A DNA stretch of 64,000 nucleotides. It comes from Polyangiales bacterium (GTDB lineage Bacteria; Myxococcota_A; Polyangia; Polyangiales; Polyangiaceae). How positions within the stretch are numbered: position 1 is the first letter of the stretch; every line of letters starts with the position of its first letter. The notes beneath the pieces were generated by a model. That model was not told the origin of the DNA, made no database searches, and was given only the letters and a program-made list of their open reading frames with translations. Of this stretch, positions 31,559 through 41,801 are shown piece after piece. A program made the position numbers and the translations under genes. Location of the stretch: contig JBBRLQ010000039.1 in NCBI GenBank assembly GCA_038231275.1, forward strand, positions 1 to 64,000, written 5' to 3'.

Positions 31559-32026
31559 CTATTGCGCGAATTCTTTGCGAAGCGCGTCGTCCCACTCGTC
31601 GGCCACCTTGCCGACGGTGTCGAGGAGGTCCTCGAACTCTTCGTAGTCGAGCCCCGAGAGGCGCCGCAGCGCGCGGACGAAGACTTCGTCTTTCTGGGCG
31701 TCGACCGCGAAGGCGGCGTCGGCGGTCGTGAGGAAGGAGAGCTCCAAGAGGCGCCGATAGAACGTCTCGCGTCCGGTCAGCGGGACCGGCATGATGGGGG
31801 CCAGGAACAGAAGAACGCCGTGGTCCTCGAGGACGTTGATACCGATGTTGGCCGAGCCCTTCCGGAGCTGGGTGTAGCCATGATCGTCGAGCGCCTCGAG
31901 CTTCGAGCCGGCACGCTCACCGAAGCGCGCGATGTAAGCGTTGACCATCGTGCGCGCGTCGGCGAACACCTGTCCGGTGCTGCGGTCCGCGTAGATGGGG
32001 GCGGCGGCGGTCGTGGTCTGGGACAC
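31559..32026 (-). CDS. CesT/YbjN-like (type III chaperone fold) protein
   Basis: GAGGAG RBS then GTG 32026; 155 aa, acidic; 'FYRRLLELSF..TADAAFAVD', 'GLDYEEFEDLL'. Confidence 0.7.
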   Translation of the reverse strand: MSQTTTAAAPIYADRSTGQVFADARTMVNAYIARFGERAGSKLEALDDHGYTQLRKGSANIGINVLEDHGVLLFLAPIMPVPLTGRETFYRRLLELSFLTTADAAFAVDAQKDEVFVRALRRLSGLDYEEFEDLLDTVGKVADEWDDALRKEFAQ

Positions 32027-32044
32027 GGGGCTCTCCTCTCGAGG

Positions 32045-33775
32045 ATGGAACCTCCGGAGAGTACCGCGTCTCGCTCGCCGTGGGGGCTGCATCTTCACGC
32101 TCGCGTGGCCGCTGCGCTCGTCGTCGCGCTCCTTTCGTTCGCGTGCGGCGGCTGCGGGGCGAAGAGCGCCGGCGTGGACGCGGGCAAGGGGGACGAGACC
32201 GCGGAGCTGGCGCGCGCCCAAGCGCTGCTGGTCTCGCGCGATCCGCTGCCTTCCCGTCCGGAGGTCCTCTCCGTCGCGCAGGCCGTCGAGGCCCGCGCGC
32301 TGAGGGAAGGAGCAGGCGCGCGCGCCGTCGAGCTTCATCGCGTCGCCGCGCGTCTCTTCGAGCGCGTGTGGCGAACGGAGGGGCGCGAGCAAGACGTGAA
32401 GGAGGCGGTGGATCTATTCCGCACGGCGTCGCGCGACACGGCCGCGCCGGGGGCGTGCGATGCGGGTCTCGCCGGAGCCATCCTCTCGGGAGACGCGGCG
32501 CGTGACGCGGCGACGTCGTACGCCGAGCTCTATCGCGTCCAGCGGCGGTTCGCGGCCGCGCCGACGTCGAAGACCGCGGACGCGGCGCTCGGCGCGTGCG
32601 TCGGCCGGATCGAGTCGCTCCTCACGCTCCTCCAGGCATTTCGGCCGCCTGCGCGCGTGCTCGAGGCGATCGACGAGGGTCTCGCGGGAGAGGGCACGAT
32701 CACGGCGACCCATTCGGCCGACGCGGGACGTCCTACGGTGCGTGTCGCCGGCGCCGCTCCTCTGATCGTCCGCATCGAGCAATGGCCCGGCGAAGAAAAC
32801 GCGCGCGTCGTCGTGCACCTCGATCGACCGGCGACCCATTTTCGTGTCGTCGACGATCCGGTCGCACCAGGCCGCGGCGCGCGGACGTTCCTGGAGCTCG
32901 ACGGCGTCGACTCGGGAGGGCCGCCTCGCGACGTCGTGATGCAGGGGATCGTGACGCGCGTTCGGACGGAGGCGACGTCGACGGGCGCGCGCGTCTCGCT
33001 GGATCTGGCGGGCCGCGCGTACCGGCGCGTGTTTCATTTGCTCGAGCCGTACCGTGTAGTGATCGACGTGGCGCGCAACCCGCCGGGCACCACTGCGCAA
33101 GGCGCGCGCGTGGCGTCGAGGGTCGTGCTCGATCCGGGCCACGGCGGGACCGATCCCGGCGCCATCGGACCGACCGGGGCGCGCGAGAAGGACGTGACGC
33201 TCGACATCGCGCACAAGGTCGCGCCGACGCTGGCCAAGCTCGGGGTTCAGGTCGCCCTCACGCGCGACGACGATCGGTTCGTGACGCTCGAGGAGCGGAC
33301 CGCGCGCGCGAACGCGTTCAACGCGGATTTGTTCGTCTCCATCCACTGCAACGCCGCCGAAGGGCGAGGGCGCCACGGCATCGAGACGTACGTGCTCGAC
33401 ACGACGCGCGACGATCTCGCGGCGCGTGTGGCGTCGCGCGAGAACGCGACCAGTCAGGCGGCGACCGCCGAGATCGGATCGATCCTCGCGAACATGCGGA
33501 TGGCGGACCAGGCATCACGCTCGACACGCCTCGCCGAGCTGCTCCAGCGCGCGACGATGGCGTCGGTCCGGCCCAAGTTCCCGGACGCCGTGGACGGAGG
33601 CATCCACACCGCGGGGTTCTACGTGCTCGTGGGCGCGCGGATGCCGGGCGTCTTGTTCGAGACGAGCTACATCTCGAATCCGGCGGAGGAAGAGCGGCTC
33701 ACGAGCGACGAGTACAAGTCGCGGCTCGCGGACGGCATCGTCAACGCGGTGCGGGCGTACCGAGAAGGTCGGTAG
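32045..33775 (+). CDS. N-acetylmuramoyl-L-alanine amidase (Amidase_3) with AMIN-like domain
   Basis: 'VVLDPGHGGTDPGA', 'EKDVTL', 'FVSIHCN', 'FYVLVGARMPGVLFETSYISN'; start uncertain. Confidence 0.92.
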   Translation: MEPPESTASRSPWGLHLHARVAAALVVALLSFACGGCGAKSAGVDAGKGDETAELARAQALLVSRDPLPSRPEVLSVAQAVEARALREGAGARAVELHRVAARLFERVWRTEGREQDVKEAVDLFRTASRDTAAPGACDAGLAGAILSGDAARDAATSYAELYRVQRRFAAAPTSKTADAALGACVGRIESLLTLLQAFRPPARVLEAIDEGLAGEGTITATHSADAGRPTVRVAGAAPLIVRIEQWPGEENARVVVHLDRPATHFRVVDDPVAPGRGARTFLELDGVDSGGPPRDVVMQGIVTRVRTEATSTGARVSLDLAGRAYRRVFHLLEPYRVVIDVARNPPGTTAQGARVASRVVLDPGHGGTDPGAIGPTGAREKDVTLDIAHKVAPTLAKLGVQVALTRDDDRFVTLEERTARANAFNADLFVSIHCNAAEGRGRHGIETYVLDTTRDDLAARVASRENATSQAATAEIGSILANMRMADQASRSTRLAELLQRATMASVRPKFPDAVDGGIHTAGFYVLVGARMPGVLFETSYISNPAEEERLTSDEYKSRLADGIVNAVRAYREGR

Positions 33776-33779
33776 CGGT

Positions 33780-35012
33780 TCACGTCACGGTGCGACGGAC
33801 CGCGAAGCGAGCGTCCTTCCACTCGCCTGTTTCGAGCACCTCACCGAGGTCGCGCGCGGCTTGCCACGCGTCCTCGTGGCGGAGAAAGAGCGGCGAGAAC
33901 CCGAAGCGCGCGAAGTGGGGCGGGCGAAAGTCGCCGACAATGCCGCGCGCGATCAACGCCTGCACGACCTGGTACGCCACCTCGAGCTCGACGGACACGT
34001 GGCTGCCGCGCCGCTCGGGATCCGTAGGGCCCGCGACGGAAATGGCGTGACGCTTCGAGAGCTCGGCGACGCCATCGATGAAGATCGCGCAGAGGCGCTC
34101 GGACTTGCGCCGCGCCTCCGCCCAGTCGACGTCGGCGATCGCGTCGAGCGCGGCGTCGAGCGCGACCATCGAGAGGACTGGCTGCGTCCCGCAAAGAAAG
34201 CGCGAGATGCCGGGGGCGGGCGCGTAGTCAGCGGCCATCGCGAACGGCCTCTCGTGCCCCCACCACCCCGCGAGCGGCTGCGTGAGGTCGCCGACGATCG
34301 CGGGGCTCACGTAGACGAAGCCCGGCGCGCCGGGGCCGCCGTTCAGGTACTTGTACGTGCAGCCGACGGCCGCGTCGACACCCCACGCCGCGAGCGACAG
34401 ATCCATCACTCCCGTCGAGTGCGCCAGATCCCAGATGACGTGCGCACCTGCCGCGTGGATCTTGCGCGTGACGGCGGCGACGTCCCAACGGTACGCCGAC
34501 GCGTAGTCGACGTGACCGAGGACGACGAGCCCCACGCGTTCGTCCGTGAGCGCCGCGTCGAGATCCTCCGGCGAGCGCAGATCTATCGTATTTTCTGCGC
34601 CGGCGGCGCCATGGACGACGTAGCGATCGGTCGGAAACGCGCCTGCCTCCACGAGGACATGCGGGCGCGCCGGAGACCGCGCGCGCATCGCCGTGACGAG
34701 CTTGAAGAGGTTGAGCGAGATCGTGTCGGTCACCACGACGTCGGCCGGCGCGACGCCGAGGACGCGCGCCATCTTCGCGCCGAGCGTTCGTGGGAGCTCG
34801 AACCACCCGGCGGCTCCCCACGATCGCACGAGCCCCTCGCCCCACGCGTGCGTCGCCGCCGCCGCGAGTCGCTCCGGCGCCGCGACGGGCAACGGGCCCA
34901 GGCTGTTGGACGCCAGGTAGACGCCGCGCTCGGGCACGACGAACCGCGCGCGCACGTCGCGGAGGGGATCGGCCTCGTCGAGGCGACGGCACGCATCCAG
35001 ATCAAAGGGCAT
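33780..35012 (-). CDS. kynU: Kynureninase (PLP-dependent)
   Basis: 'YLASNSLG', 'FPTDRY', 'WDLAHSTG', 'GCTYKYLNGGPG', 'GWWGH', 'RGSHVS'. Confidence 0.92.
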   Translation of the reverse strand: MPFDLDACRRLDEADPLRDVRARFVVPERGVYLASNSLGPLPVAAPERLAAAATHAWGEGLVRSWGAAGWFELPRTLGAKMARVLGVAPADVVVTDTISLNLFKLVTAMRARSPARPHVLVEAGAFPTDRYVVHGAAGAENTIDLRSPEDLDAALTDERVGLVVLGHVDYASAYRWDVAAVTRKIHAAGAHVIWDLAHSTGVMDLSLAAWGVDAAVGCTYKYLNGGPGAPGFVYVSPAIVGDLTQPLAGWWGHERPFAMAADYAPAPGISRFLCGTQPVLSMVALDAALDAIADVDWAEARRKSERLCAIFIDGVAELSKRHAISVAGPTDPERRGSHVSVELEVAYQVVQALIARGIVGDFRPPHFARFGFSPLFLRHEDAWQAARDLGEVLETGEWKDARFAVRRTVT

Positions 35013-36078
35013 CGACCCCTCGCGCGCGGGGGAGAGAGACCTCGAGAATCTCCAGATCGGGCGAGCGTTCGTCGACGCGGAACGTCGCGCCTGCGGGGAT
35101 GACGAACGCGTCGCCGGGGGCGAGCCGTGCCGGGGACTGCCCCTCGCACACGAGCGTCGCCGCGCCCTCGAGGACGAACTCGAACGAGAGCTCGCCGTCG
35201 TGCGTTCGCGGCCCGCCGTTCGCGGCGCCGTCGGCTTTGAGGACGCGCGCGTCCGCGAGCCCTCGGGTAGCCCTCGCGATGCCGAGATCGCGCGCGAGGA
35301 ACCCCTGCACGCCGCTCGGCTCCCACGCCGCCTTCACGCGCTCGTGGCGTGTGAACGTCTGGCCGGAGAAGACCCGCGTGGGGTCGAGCTTCGCGTTCGG
35401 CAGCACGAGCGCCGCGTCCGTGAGCGTCTCGTGAATCGCAGGGCATCCGATCTCGACCACCTCCGTGCCCGGCCCGCACTCGACGACGCGATGGCGGATT
35501 TCCGGGGGCTGCAGCACGCACTCGCCGGCCTGTAGGACGAAGGCCGGGCCCTGGTCTTCGTAGAGGAGGCGCGTCCAGCCGCGATAACAGAAGATCATCT
35601 GAAACCGAACGCGGTGGTAGTGCACGTAGTCGGCGACCTCGCCTTCGCCGACGCGGATGTGCGACGCGACGAAGCGGCCACCCTGGCGATCGGGGATGAG
35701 ATCGCGGTAGCGCATGCCGGCGCGGCCAACGGTCCACGACGCGTCGTCGCCGAGCTTCGTGAGGACGTAGCTCGGCGCGACGGGCGGGACGCGCAGCGGG
35801 ACCACGAGCGGGCGAACCTCGATGCGCGTCCCGTTCGGCGCCACGAGGTCCTCGGCGCGGCCCCCCTCGCGGTGGAGGATCACGCGACCCGGATCGCCCG
35901 ACGTGCGCGCGTCGAGGCGGAGGCGAAGCCCGAAGCCCGAGACGATCGCGACCTCCGGCGCGTCCGCAGGGAACGTCGCCTCGAGCGCGAACCCGAGATC
36001 CGTGAAGAAGGCGAGCGACGCGTCGAGATCGCCGGCCGGCAAGACGAGCTCGGCGCGCCCTTCGGCGGTGGGGACCAT
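35002..36078 (-). CDS. VOC-like + double cupin domain protein
   Basis: 'GRAGMRYRDL', 'HYHRVRFQMIFCYRGW', 'VLQPPEIRHRV', second cupin 'GDAFVIP'. Confidence 0.75.
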   Translation of the reverse strand: MVPTAEGRAELVLPAGDLDASLAFFTDLGFALEATFPADAPEVAIVSGFGLRLRLDARTSGDPGRVILHREGGRAEDLVAPNGTRIEVRPLVVPLRVPPVAPSYVLTKLGDDASWTVGRAGMRYRDLIPDRQGGRFVASHIRVGEGEVADYVHYHRVRFQMIFCYRGWTRLLYEDQGPAFVLQAGECVLQPPEIRHRVVECGPGTEVVEIGCPAIHETLTDAALVLPNAKLDPTRVFSGQTFTRHERVKAAWEPSGVQGFLARDLGIARATRGLADARVLKADGAANGGPRTHDGELSFEFVLEGAATLVCEGQSPARLAPGDAFVIPAGATFRVDERSPDLEILEVSLPRARGVDAL

Positions 36079-36106
36079 GGCCTCATGGTAAGGGTAGCCA
36101 AAGGCC

Positions 36107-37606
36107 ATGATCCACGAAACGCTGACGGTCCTCGGTTTCTCGGCGGATGACCTCTCTCGTGGCGAGATTTCCGTCACGAGCCCCATCGACGGGAGCGCGC
36201 TCGGACGGGTGCGGGCCGACGCGCCGGCCGAGGTCGACGCCAAGATCGGCGCCGCGGTCCGCGCGTTTCATGCGTGGCGCGACGTGCCGGCGCCCCACCG
36301 CGGCGAGCTCGTTCGGCGGTTCGGCGAGGAGCTTCGCGCCAACAAGGAGGCCCTCGGCCGGCTGGTCACGCTCGAAGCAGGGAAGATCCTGCAGGAGGGC
36401 CTCGGCGAGGTGCAGGAGATGATCGACATCTGCGATTTCGCGGTCGGTCTGTCGCGTCAGCTGTACGGCCTCACGATCGCGTCGGAGCGACCCGGTCATC
36501 GCATGATGGAGACGTGGCATCCGCTCGGACCGGTCGGCGTCATCAGCGCGTTCAACTTCCCGGTGGCGGTCTGGGCGTGGAACGCGGCGCTGGCGCTCGT
36601 CTGCGGGGACTCGGTCGTCTGGAAGCCGTCGGAGAAGACGCCGCTCACTGCGCTCGCCACGCAGAGGCTCTTCGAGCGTGCCGCCGCGAAGACTGCAGGA
36701 ACCCCACCCGGCCTCGCGCAGGTGCTCCTCGGAGATCGTGCGGTCGGCGAGCGCCTCGCGGCCGACGCGCGCGTGCCGCTCGTCTCGGCGACCGGCTCGA
36801 CGCGGATGGGAAAGTCTCTCGCGCCCGTCGTCGCGGCGCGCCTCGGTCGCTCACTCCTCGAGCTGGGCGGCAACAACGCGATGATCGTGGGCCCCTCGGC
36901 CGACCTCGCGCTCGCCGAGCGCGCGATCGCGTTCGCGGCAGTGGGCACGGCGGGGCAGCGCTGCACGACGCTCCGCCGGCTCATTGTTCACGAGTCGGTG
37001 CACGATCGCCTCCTCGGACGCCTGCGCGAGATCTACGGACGCATCAAGGTCGGCGACCCGCGAGAGCCGGGCACGCTCGTCGGGCCGCTCATCGACAAGG
37101 CCGCCTTCGACGCGATGCAGAAGGCGCTCGAGGAAGCCAAGGCCCAAGGAGGCAACGTCTTCGGCGGCACCCGCGAGCTCGGGGCGAGCCACCCGAACGC
37201 CTACTACGTTCGGCCCGCGATCGTGGAGATCCCCGCGCAGACCGCGATCGTCCAGCACGAGACGTTCGCGCCGATCCTCTACGCGTTGCGTTACCGCGAG
37301 TTCGAAGAGGCCGTGGCGCTGCAGAACGCGGTGACGCAGGGTCTGTCGTCATGCATCTTCACGCGTGATCTCCAGGAGGCGGAGCGCTTCGTCGCGGCAG
37401 GGGGCAGCGACTGCGGCATCGCCAACGTCAACATCGGTCCCAGCGGCGCCGAGATCGGCGGCGCATTCGGCGGCGAGAAAGAGACCGGCGGCGGCCGCGA
37501 GTCCGGCTCCGATTCGTGGCGTAGCTACATGCGCCGGCAGACCGCGACGATCAACCATTCGAACGCTCTGCCGTTGGCCCAGGGCATCACGTTCGACGCG
37601 AGCTAG
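36107..37606 (+). CDS. Aldehyde dehydrogenase family 7 (AmaB/piperideine-6-carboxylate dehydrogenase-like)
   Basis: 'GEVQEMIDICDFAVGLSRQL', 'AFNFP', 'LELGGNN', 'GQRCT', 'GRESGSD'. Confidence 0.9.
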   Translation: MIHETLTVLGFSADDLSRGEISVTSPIDGSALGRVRADAPAEVDAKIGAAVRAFHAWRDVPAPHRGELVRRFGEELRANKEALGRLVTLEAGKILQEGLGEVQEMIDICDFAVGLSRQLYGLTIASERPGHRMMETWHPLGPVGVISAFNFPVAVWAWNAALALVCGDSVVWKPSEKTPLTALATQRLFERAAAKTAGTPPGLAQVLLGDRAVGERLAADARVPLVSATGSTRMGKSLAPVVAARLGRSLLELGGNNAMIVGPSADLALAERAIAFAAVGTAGQRCTTLRRLIVHESVHDRLLGRLREIYGRIKVGDPREPGTLVGPLIDKAAFDAMQKALEEAKAQGGNVFGGTRELGASHPNAYYVRPAIVEIPAQTAIVQHETFAPILYALRYREFEEAVALQNAVTQGLSSCIFTRDLQEAERFVAAGGSDCGIANVNIGPSGAEIGGAFGGEKETGGGRESGSDSWRSYMRRQTATINHSNALPLAQGITFDAS

Positions 37607-37787
37607 ACGCCACGCGGGTGTTCGAACGTCATGTGGTAGCTGTCCCCACATGGCGGCTCGCGTTTGGCGCGCCGCGTCGCCACGTTCTCTGACGACGCCG
37701 CGGGAGCAGAGTGGTACCACGCGGACCTCCTTGGAAGGTCGGCCGGGGATGCCGTGCGTGGCGACGCCGCGCACTCGTGGAGCCATC

Positions 37788-39026
37788 ATGAAGCCGTCGA
37801 TCGTCGCGTTGAGTCTCTTGGGGGCGTTCGCCGCGGCGTGCTCGGGAGGAGACACCGCGTTTGAGGATGCGAGCGGCGACACCGCGCAAACCGTCTCCGA
37901 AGCACGGCCTTATCCGGTCGACTTCCCCGGCAGGTCACGGACGCCCGAGTCCAAAGCAGCGGGCGCCGCGACGCTGAAGTACTTCGGCGGTCCGGTCATC
38001 GCCAACCCGAAGGTCTACGTCGTGTGGTGGGGCGATCCTTCGAAAATCAACCCCGCCATCACCGCCGCGCACGGGGGAATCGCCGATTTTTTTGCGGGCG
38101 TCACGAACAGCAAGTACCTCGATTGGCTGAACGAGTACGACACCGCGATCCCCGCGCAAGCCGGCTCGCACGCGGGCTCGGCGGGGACCGGCCAGCACGT
38201 GGGCCGCGGCAACTACGCCGGCACGTTGACGCTCGCCGCCGTTCCCGCAGGCAACGTGACCGACGATCAGGTCCAGGCCACCCTCGACCAGGCCATCGTC
38301 GCGGGCACGTTGCCGCCGGCGGACGACAACACCATTTACGCGATTTACTTCCCCAGCTCGGTGACCATCAGCTTGCCGGGCAATGGCTCGAGCTGCTCGA
38401 GCTTCGGCGCGTATCACTTCGCGACGACCGAGACGACGCGCCATCGCGCCTACTACCTCGTCATGCCGGACTGCGGCAGCAGCTTCAAGGGAGTCACGAA
38501 CGTCACGTCGCACGAGCTCATCGAGGCCACGACCGACGCGATTCCGACCCCCGGATCGAATCCCGATTTCCCCCAAGCGTGGAACGACTCGGGCGGCAGC
38601 GAGTCCGGCGATCTCTGTGAGAGCACCTCGGGAACCGTGAAGACCGCGCTCGGCACGTTCACCGTTCAGGGGATTTGGGACGAGGCCTCCCATGGCTGCA
38701 AGGTCTTCCGAAGCTATGCGCGCGACTTCAACGTCTCGTTCCCCAAGAACGCCGCGAGCGTCGTCGTCGGGGCCCAAGCCACTGCGGTCGTCCAGACGCA
38801 AACCGTCAAAGGGAGCTCGCAACCGCTCACGCTCTCGGTCACGGCGCCTCCCGGTGTGACGGCAACCATCCGTCCCACGCAAGTCACGTCGGGCACCACG
38901 GCGACCGTGACGATCTCCGCCTCGAGCGCGGCCTCTGCGGTGCAGGTCGTCGTCCACGCGGCAGGGAGCAACGGGGCGTCGTCCCAGACGCACTCCGCGT
39001 CGCTGCTCCTCCAGGTGGGCAAGTAG
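37788..39026 (+). CDS. Lipoprotein with Phi-1/EXORDIUM-like domain and C-terminal Ig-like domain
   Basis: Lipobox AAA-C; 'LKYFGGPVI', 'GAYH', 'SHELIEATTD', 'ESGDLC'. Confidence 0.6.
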   Translation: MKPSIVALSLLGAFAAACSGGDTAFEDASGDTAQTVSEARPYPVDFPGRSRTPESKAAGAATLKYFGGPVIANPKVYVVWWGDPSKINPAITAAHGGIADFFAGVTNSKYLDWLNEYDTAIPAQAGSHAGSAGTGQHVGRGNYAGTLTLAAVPAGNVTDDQVQATLDQAIVAGTLPPADDNTIYAIYFPSSVTISLPGNGSSCSSFGAYHFATTETTRHRAYYLVMPDCGSSFKGVTNVTSHELIEATTDAIPTPGSNPDFPQAWNDSGGSESGDLCESTSGTVKTALGTFTVQGIWDEASHGCKVFRSYARDFNVSFPKNAASVVVGAQATAVVQTQTVKGSSQPLTLSVTAPPGVTATIRPTQVTSGTTATVTISASSAASAVQVVVHAAGSNGASSQTHSASLLLQVGK

Positions 39027-39059
39027 TGATCGGCGCCGCCTGATAGTGGTGGAGGGGCT

Positions 39060-40364
39060 ATGCGTCGCGGCGCGCTCATTCAGCTCCTGATCGGCATCGC
39101 CGTCCTCGGCGCGCTCGTCGTGGTGTCGAGCCGCGAGGGGACGAAGATCCTGGAGAAGCTGCGCGGGTCCGTGGCGCCGCCGGCACCGAGCACCGAGCAG
39201 CTGCCGGTGCGCGGCGCGTCTGCGATTTCGAAAGGGACGAGCGCGGGCGGCGCGATCGGGCCGCGCGTCGCGTTGCTCGGCGACGGCACCGCCGCGATCG
39301 CATGGCTCACGAGGTCGAAGGAGGACGCGTGGCCCGATCGCGTCGGCGTCCGCGCGATCACGAAGGCCGGCGTCGCGGGATCGGCCGTGGCGGTGCATGG
39401 AAAGGAGGCGTTCGTCGTCTCGCCGGTCCTCGCCAATGCGCCGGACGGCGGGTTGTGGCTCGCGTTCATGGGGACGCATCAGTCGCCGCTCGACGACCTC
39501 AGCGAGCTCGCCACCTTGTACGTCACGCGCTCGGCGCCTGGGACGACCGCGTTCGCGGCGCCGACGAACGCCGCGCAGGGCGACGCCATCGCGACGTGGG
39601 GCGGGACATGGGCCGCGCCGTACGGAGATCTCGTCGCGCTCGTGCACCGCGCGGTCTCTGGCGGTCGCGGTCGCATTTTCTTCAGCGCGCTCGGGCAAGG
39701 CGACCCGGGCGCGCAGATCGTGGCCGAGGGGGACGAGCTCGCGACGGCGCGCTGCGCGATCTGCGCGGTAGGGGCGCGCGCGTACGTCGTGTGGTGGCAC
39801 CCGCCCGGCGTCGTGAAGGTGCGCGCGAGCGACGACGGCGGGCATTTTCGCACGACGCGCGCCGTTCAGGTGTCGATGCCGGGCGAGATCGCGCCGCCCC
39901 TTCCGCCGTCGTGCGTCGCGCAGGGCGATCGGCTCGACGTCATGTACGGCATCGCCGAGAGCTCGCCGCTGGTCGCGCCAACGGTCCTGTCGCGCATCGT
40001 CCTCGCGCGCTCCTTGGACGCCGGGCAGACCTTCGCCACGCGCGCCATGCTGGGCGAGCCTCGCACGCGCATCGTCGCGTCGTCGCTCACGCTCTCGTCC
40101 GCGTTCGGCCCGCTCGTCGGCGCGCTCGTCACGACGCCGGGCTCGGACGACGTGCTCCTCCGCTGGGCATACCCGAACCCCGCCGCGCCCGCAGATCTCG
40201 TCGTGCGCGACGCGCCAGGCAAAGCGCTGCCCGACGATCGCAGCCACGTCGCCGCGACGCACGGCCTGCTGCAGGTCTCGATGGGAGCCGGTCGCACCAT
40301 CGCTGTCTTCGCGGAAGGCCCGGGCGCCGCGCAAGTGAGCTTCGCCGAGGTCGATCTGCCCTGA
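39060..40364 (+). CDS. Hypothetical exported protein with BNR/Asp-box motifs
   Basis: N-terminal TM; 'SDDGGHF', 'SLDAGQTF'; GGAGG RBS. Confidence 0.6.
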   Translation: MRRGALIQLLIGIAVLGALVVVSSREGTKILEKLRGSVAPPAPSTEQLPVRGASAISKGTSAGGAIGPRVALLGDGTAAIAWLTRSKEDAWPDRVGVRAITKAGVAGSAVAVHGKEAFVVSPVLANAPDGGLWLAFMGTHQSPLDDLSELATLYVTRSAPGTTAFAAPTNAAQGDAIATWGGTWAAPYGDLVALVHRAVSGGRGRIFFSALGQGDPGAQIVAEGDELATARCAICAVGARAYVVWWHPPGVVKVRASDDGGHFRTTRAVQVSMPGEIAPPLPPSCVAQGDRLDVMYGIAESSPLVAPTVLSRIVLARSLDAGQTFATRAMLGEPRTRIVASSLTLSSAFGPLVGALVTTPGSDDVLLRWAYPNPAAPADLVVRDAPGKALPDDRSHVAATHGLLQVSMGAGRTIAVFAEGPGAAQVSFAEVDLP

Positions 40365-40387
40365 CGATGCGATCCGGGCCTAGCGCG

Positions 40388-41257
40388 TCACGTGGCCGGC
40401 GGTGGCTCGGGGAGCCAGCGGTCGCCGCGCAGCACGAAGCGCGAGGTCCCCGCGACGCGCGCGTCTCGCACCTCGTGCTCGGGATCGCCGGGCAGCGCGA
40501 GGGCCATCGTGTCGCCGTGCGGGACGAGGCGCGGGCAGATCGGATCGAGGTTTTGCGTTTCGCACCACGCAAGGGCGTCTTTGGCGGTCGCGCAGCGCGA
40601 GAGGAGCTCGAGGGTGCGGTGGGTCGGCGGCGCGAGCTGCACCTCGCCGGCGTCGAAGCGCGCGAGCACGACGGCGGGGGAGGCCCAGAAGCTCGACACG
40701 GTCTCGCGCTCGTCATGCGCGCCCGGCTGACCGACCGGCGCGGCGGCCATCACGAAGCGCGTGTCGAACCTTCGGCTCTCCGCCGTCGGTGTCACCCACC
40801 GCGCGAAGACACGGAGCGCGCCGAGATCGAGGCGCAGCCCGCGCGCGCGAAGGAGCTCCGCGAACGTCGCCGTCTTCTTCGCCGCTTCGGCGCGCAGTGC
40901 AAGTAGCGCCTCGTGCGTGAGCTGTCGGTCCGTCGGCAAGATCGCCGCTTCCTCGAGCGACTCGCGACACGCGGCGACGAGGAGCGCCCTCGGGAGCGCG
41001 TCGTCGTCCGCCACCTTCGTGCGCGTCGCACGCGGCGTCGTCGACAAGTCGGCCCACTCCGGCGCTTTGTCCGCATCGTCGAGCTTGCCGCCGGGGAAGA
41101 CGATGGCGCCGCCCATGAAGCCGCTCTTCTTGTTGCGCTCGACGCAGAAGATCTCGATGCCGCGCTCGCCTCGCGCGTCCTTGGCGTCGCGAACGAGGAC
41201 GAGGGTGGCGGCGTCTCGAGGGATCGCGCCCTCGCGCTTCAGATCCAGATCGAGCAT
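40388..41257 (-). CDS. NUDIX hydrolase (NUDT19-like)
   Basis: 'PRDAATLVL', 'VFPGGKLD', 'RESLEEA', 'WVTP...RRFDTRF', 'LAPPT'. Confidence 0.88.
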   Translation of the reverse strand: MLDLDLKREGAIPRDAATLVLVRDAKDARGERGIEIFCVERNKKSGFMGGAIVFPGGKLDDADKAPEWADLSTTPRATRTKVADDDALPRALLVAACRESLEEAAILPTDRQLTHEALLALRAEAAKKTATFAELLRARGLRLDLGALRVFARWVTPTAESRRFDTRFVMAAAPVGQPGAHDERETVSSFWASPAVVLARFDAGEVQLAPPTHRTLELLSRCATAKDALAWCETQNLDPICPRLVPHGDTMALALPGDPEHEVRDARVAGTSRFVLRGDRWLPEPPPAT

Positions 41258-41273
41258 GGCGGCGTCCTCATCC

Positions 41274-41792
41274 TCATCGGTGGAGGCTCCGGCGCCGTTC
41301 GTCTTGCGCGCGCCGGGCGATTCGTTTCTGCGTGTCGGCCGGCTCGACGAGCACCCACGCGTCGTGACCTGGGAGCCCCGACACGTGCTCGAGGACGAGC
41401 TCGGCCGCCCGCTCCGGCGCCACCGCGTCGTCGCCACGGCCGGGCAGCTCCACGACGGCGCGCTTCACGTGGAGCCCATCGAGCGTAGCGACGAGCTTAC
41501 CGACGACGTGCCGGAACGCGTCGTCGCCGAACGACGCGCGCGGACCGAGCCCCAGCACCACGATCTTGTCGAACGGGAGGCGCGGACGGCCCGGGAGCAC
41601 GAGCACCTCACCGAGGCTCCCCGCGAGGAACGACTCGCGCGCGAGCTTCGAGATGCGCCCGGCCATGCGCCAGTCGAGCAGGCCTGACAGCCCCGTGAGC
41701 GGCCGCGCGTCCTCCCAGATGCCGCACGCGATCAGCTCGGCCGACGTCTCGTCCAGGCGCGCGAGCTCCGGCGGTACGAAGCGAAAATCCAC
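41274..41792 (-). CDS. Peptidase M17 N-terminal-like domain protein
   Basis: 'RPLTGLSGLLDWRMAGRIS', 'KIVVLGLG'. Confidence 0.75.
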   Translation of the reverse strand: MDFRFVPPELARLDETSAELIACGIWEDARPLTGLSGLLDWRMAGRISKLARESFLAGSLGEVLVLPGRPRLPFDKIVVLGLGPRASFGDDAFRHVVGKLVATLDGLHVKRAVVELPGRGDDAVAPERAAELVLEHVSGLPGHDAWVLVEPADTQKRIARRAQDERRRSLHR

Positions 41793-41801
41793 GCGGGCAG
41801 C

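Noticed and set aside
31487..32392. Extended amidase and chaperone ORFs overlapping each other
   Set aside because: Resolved by starts at 32026 (-) and about 32045 (+)
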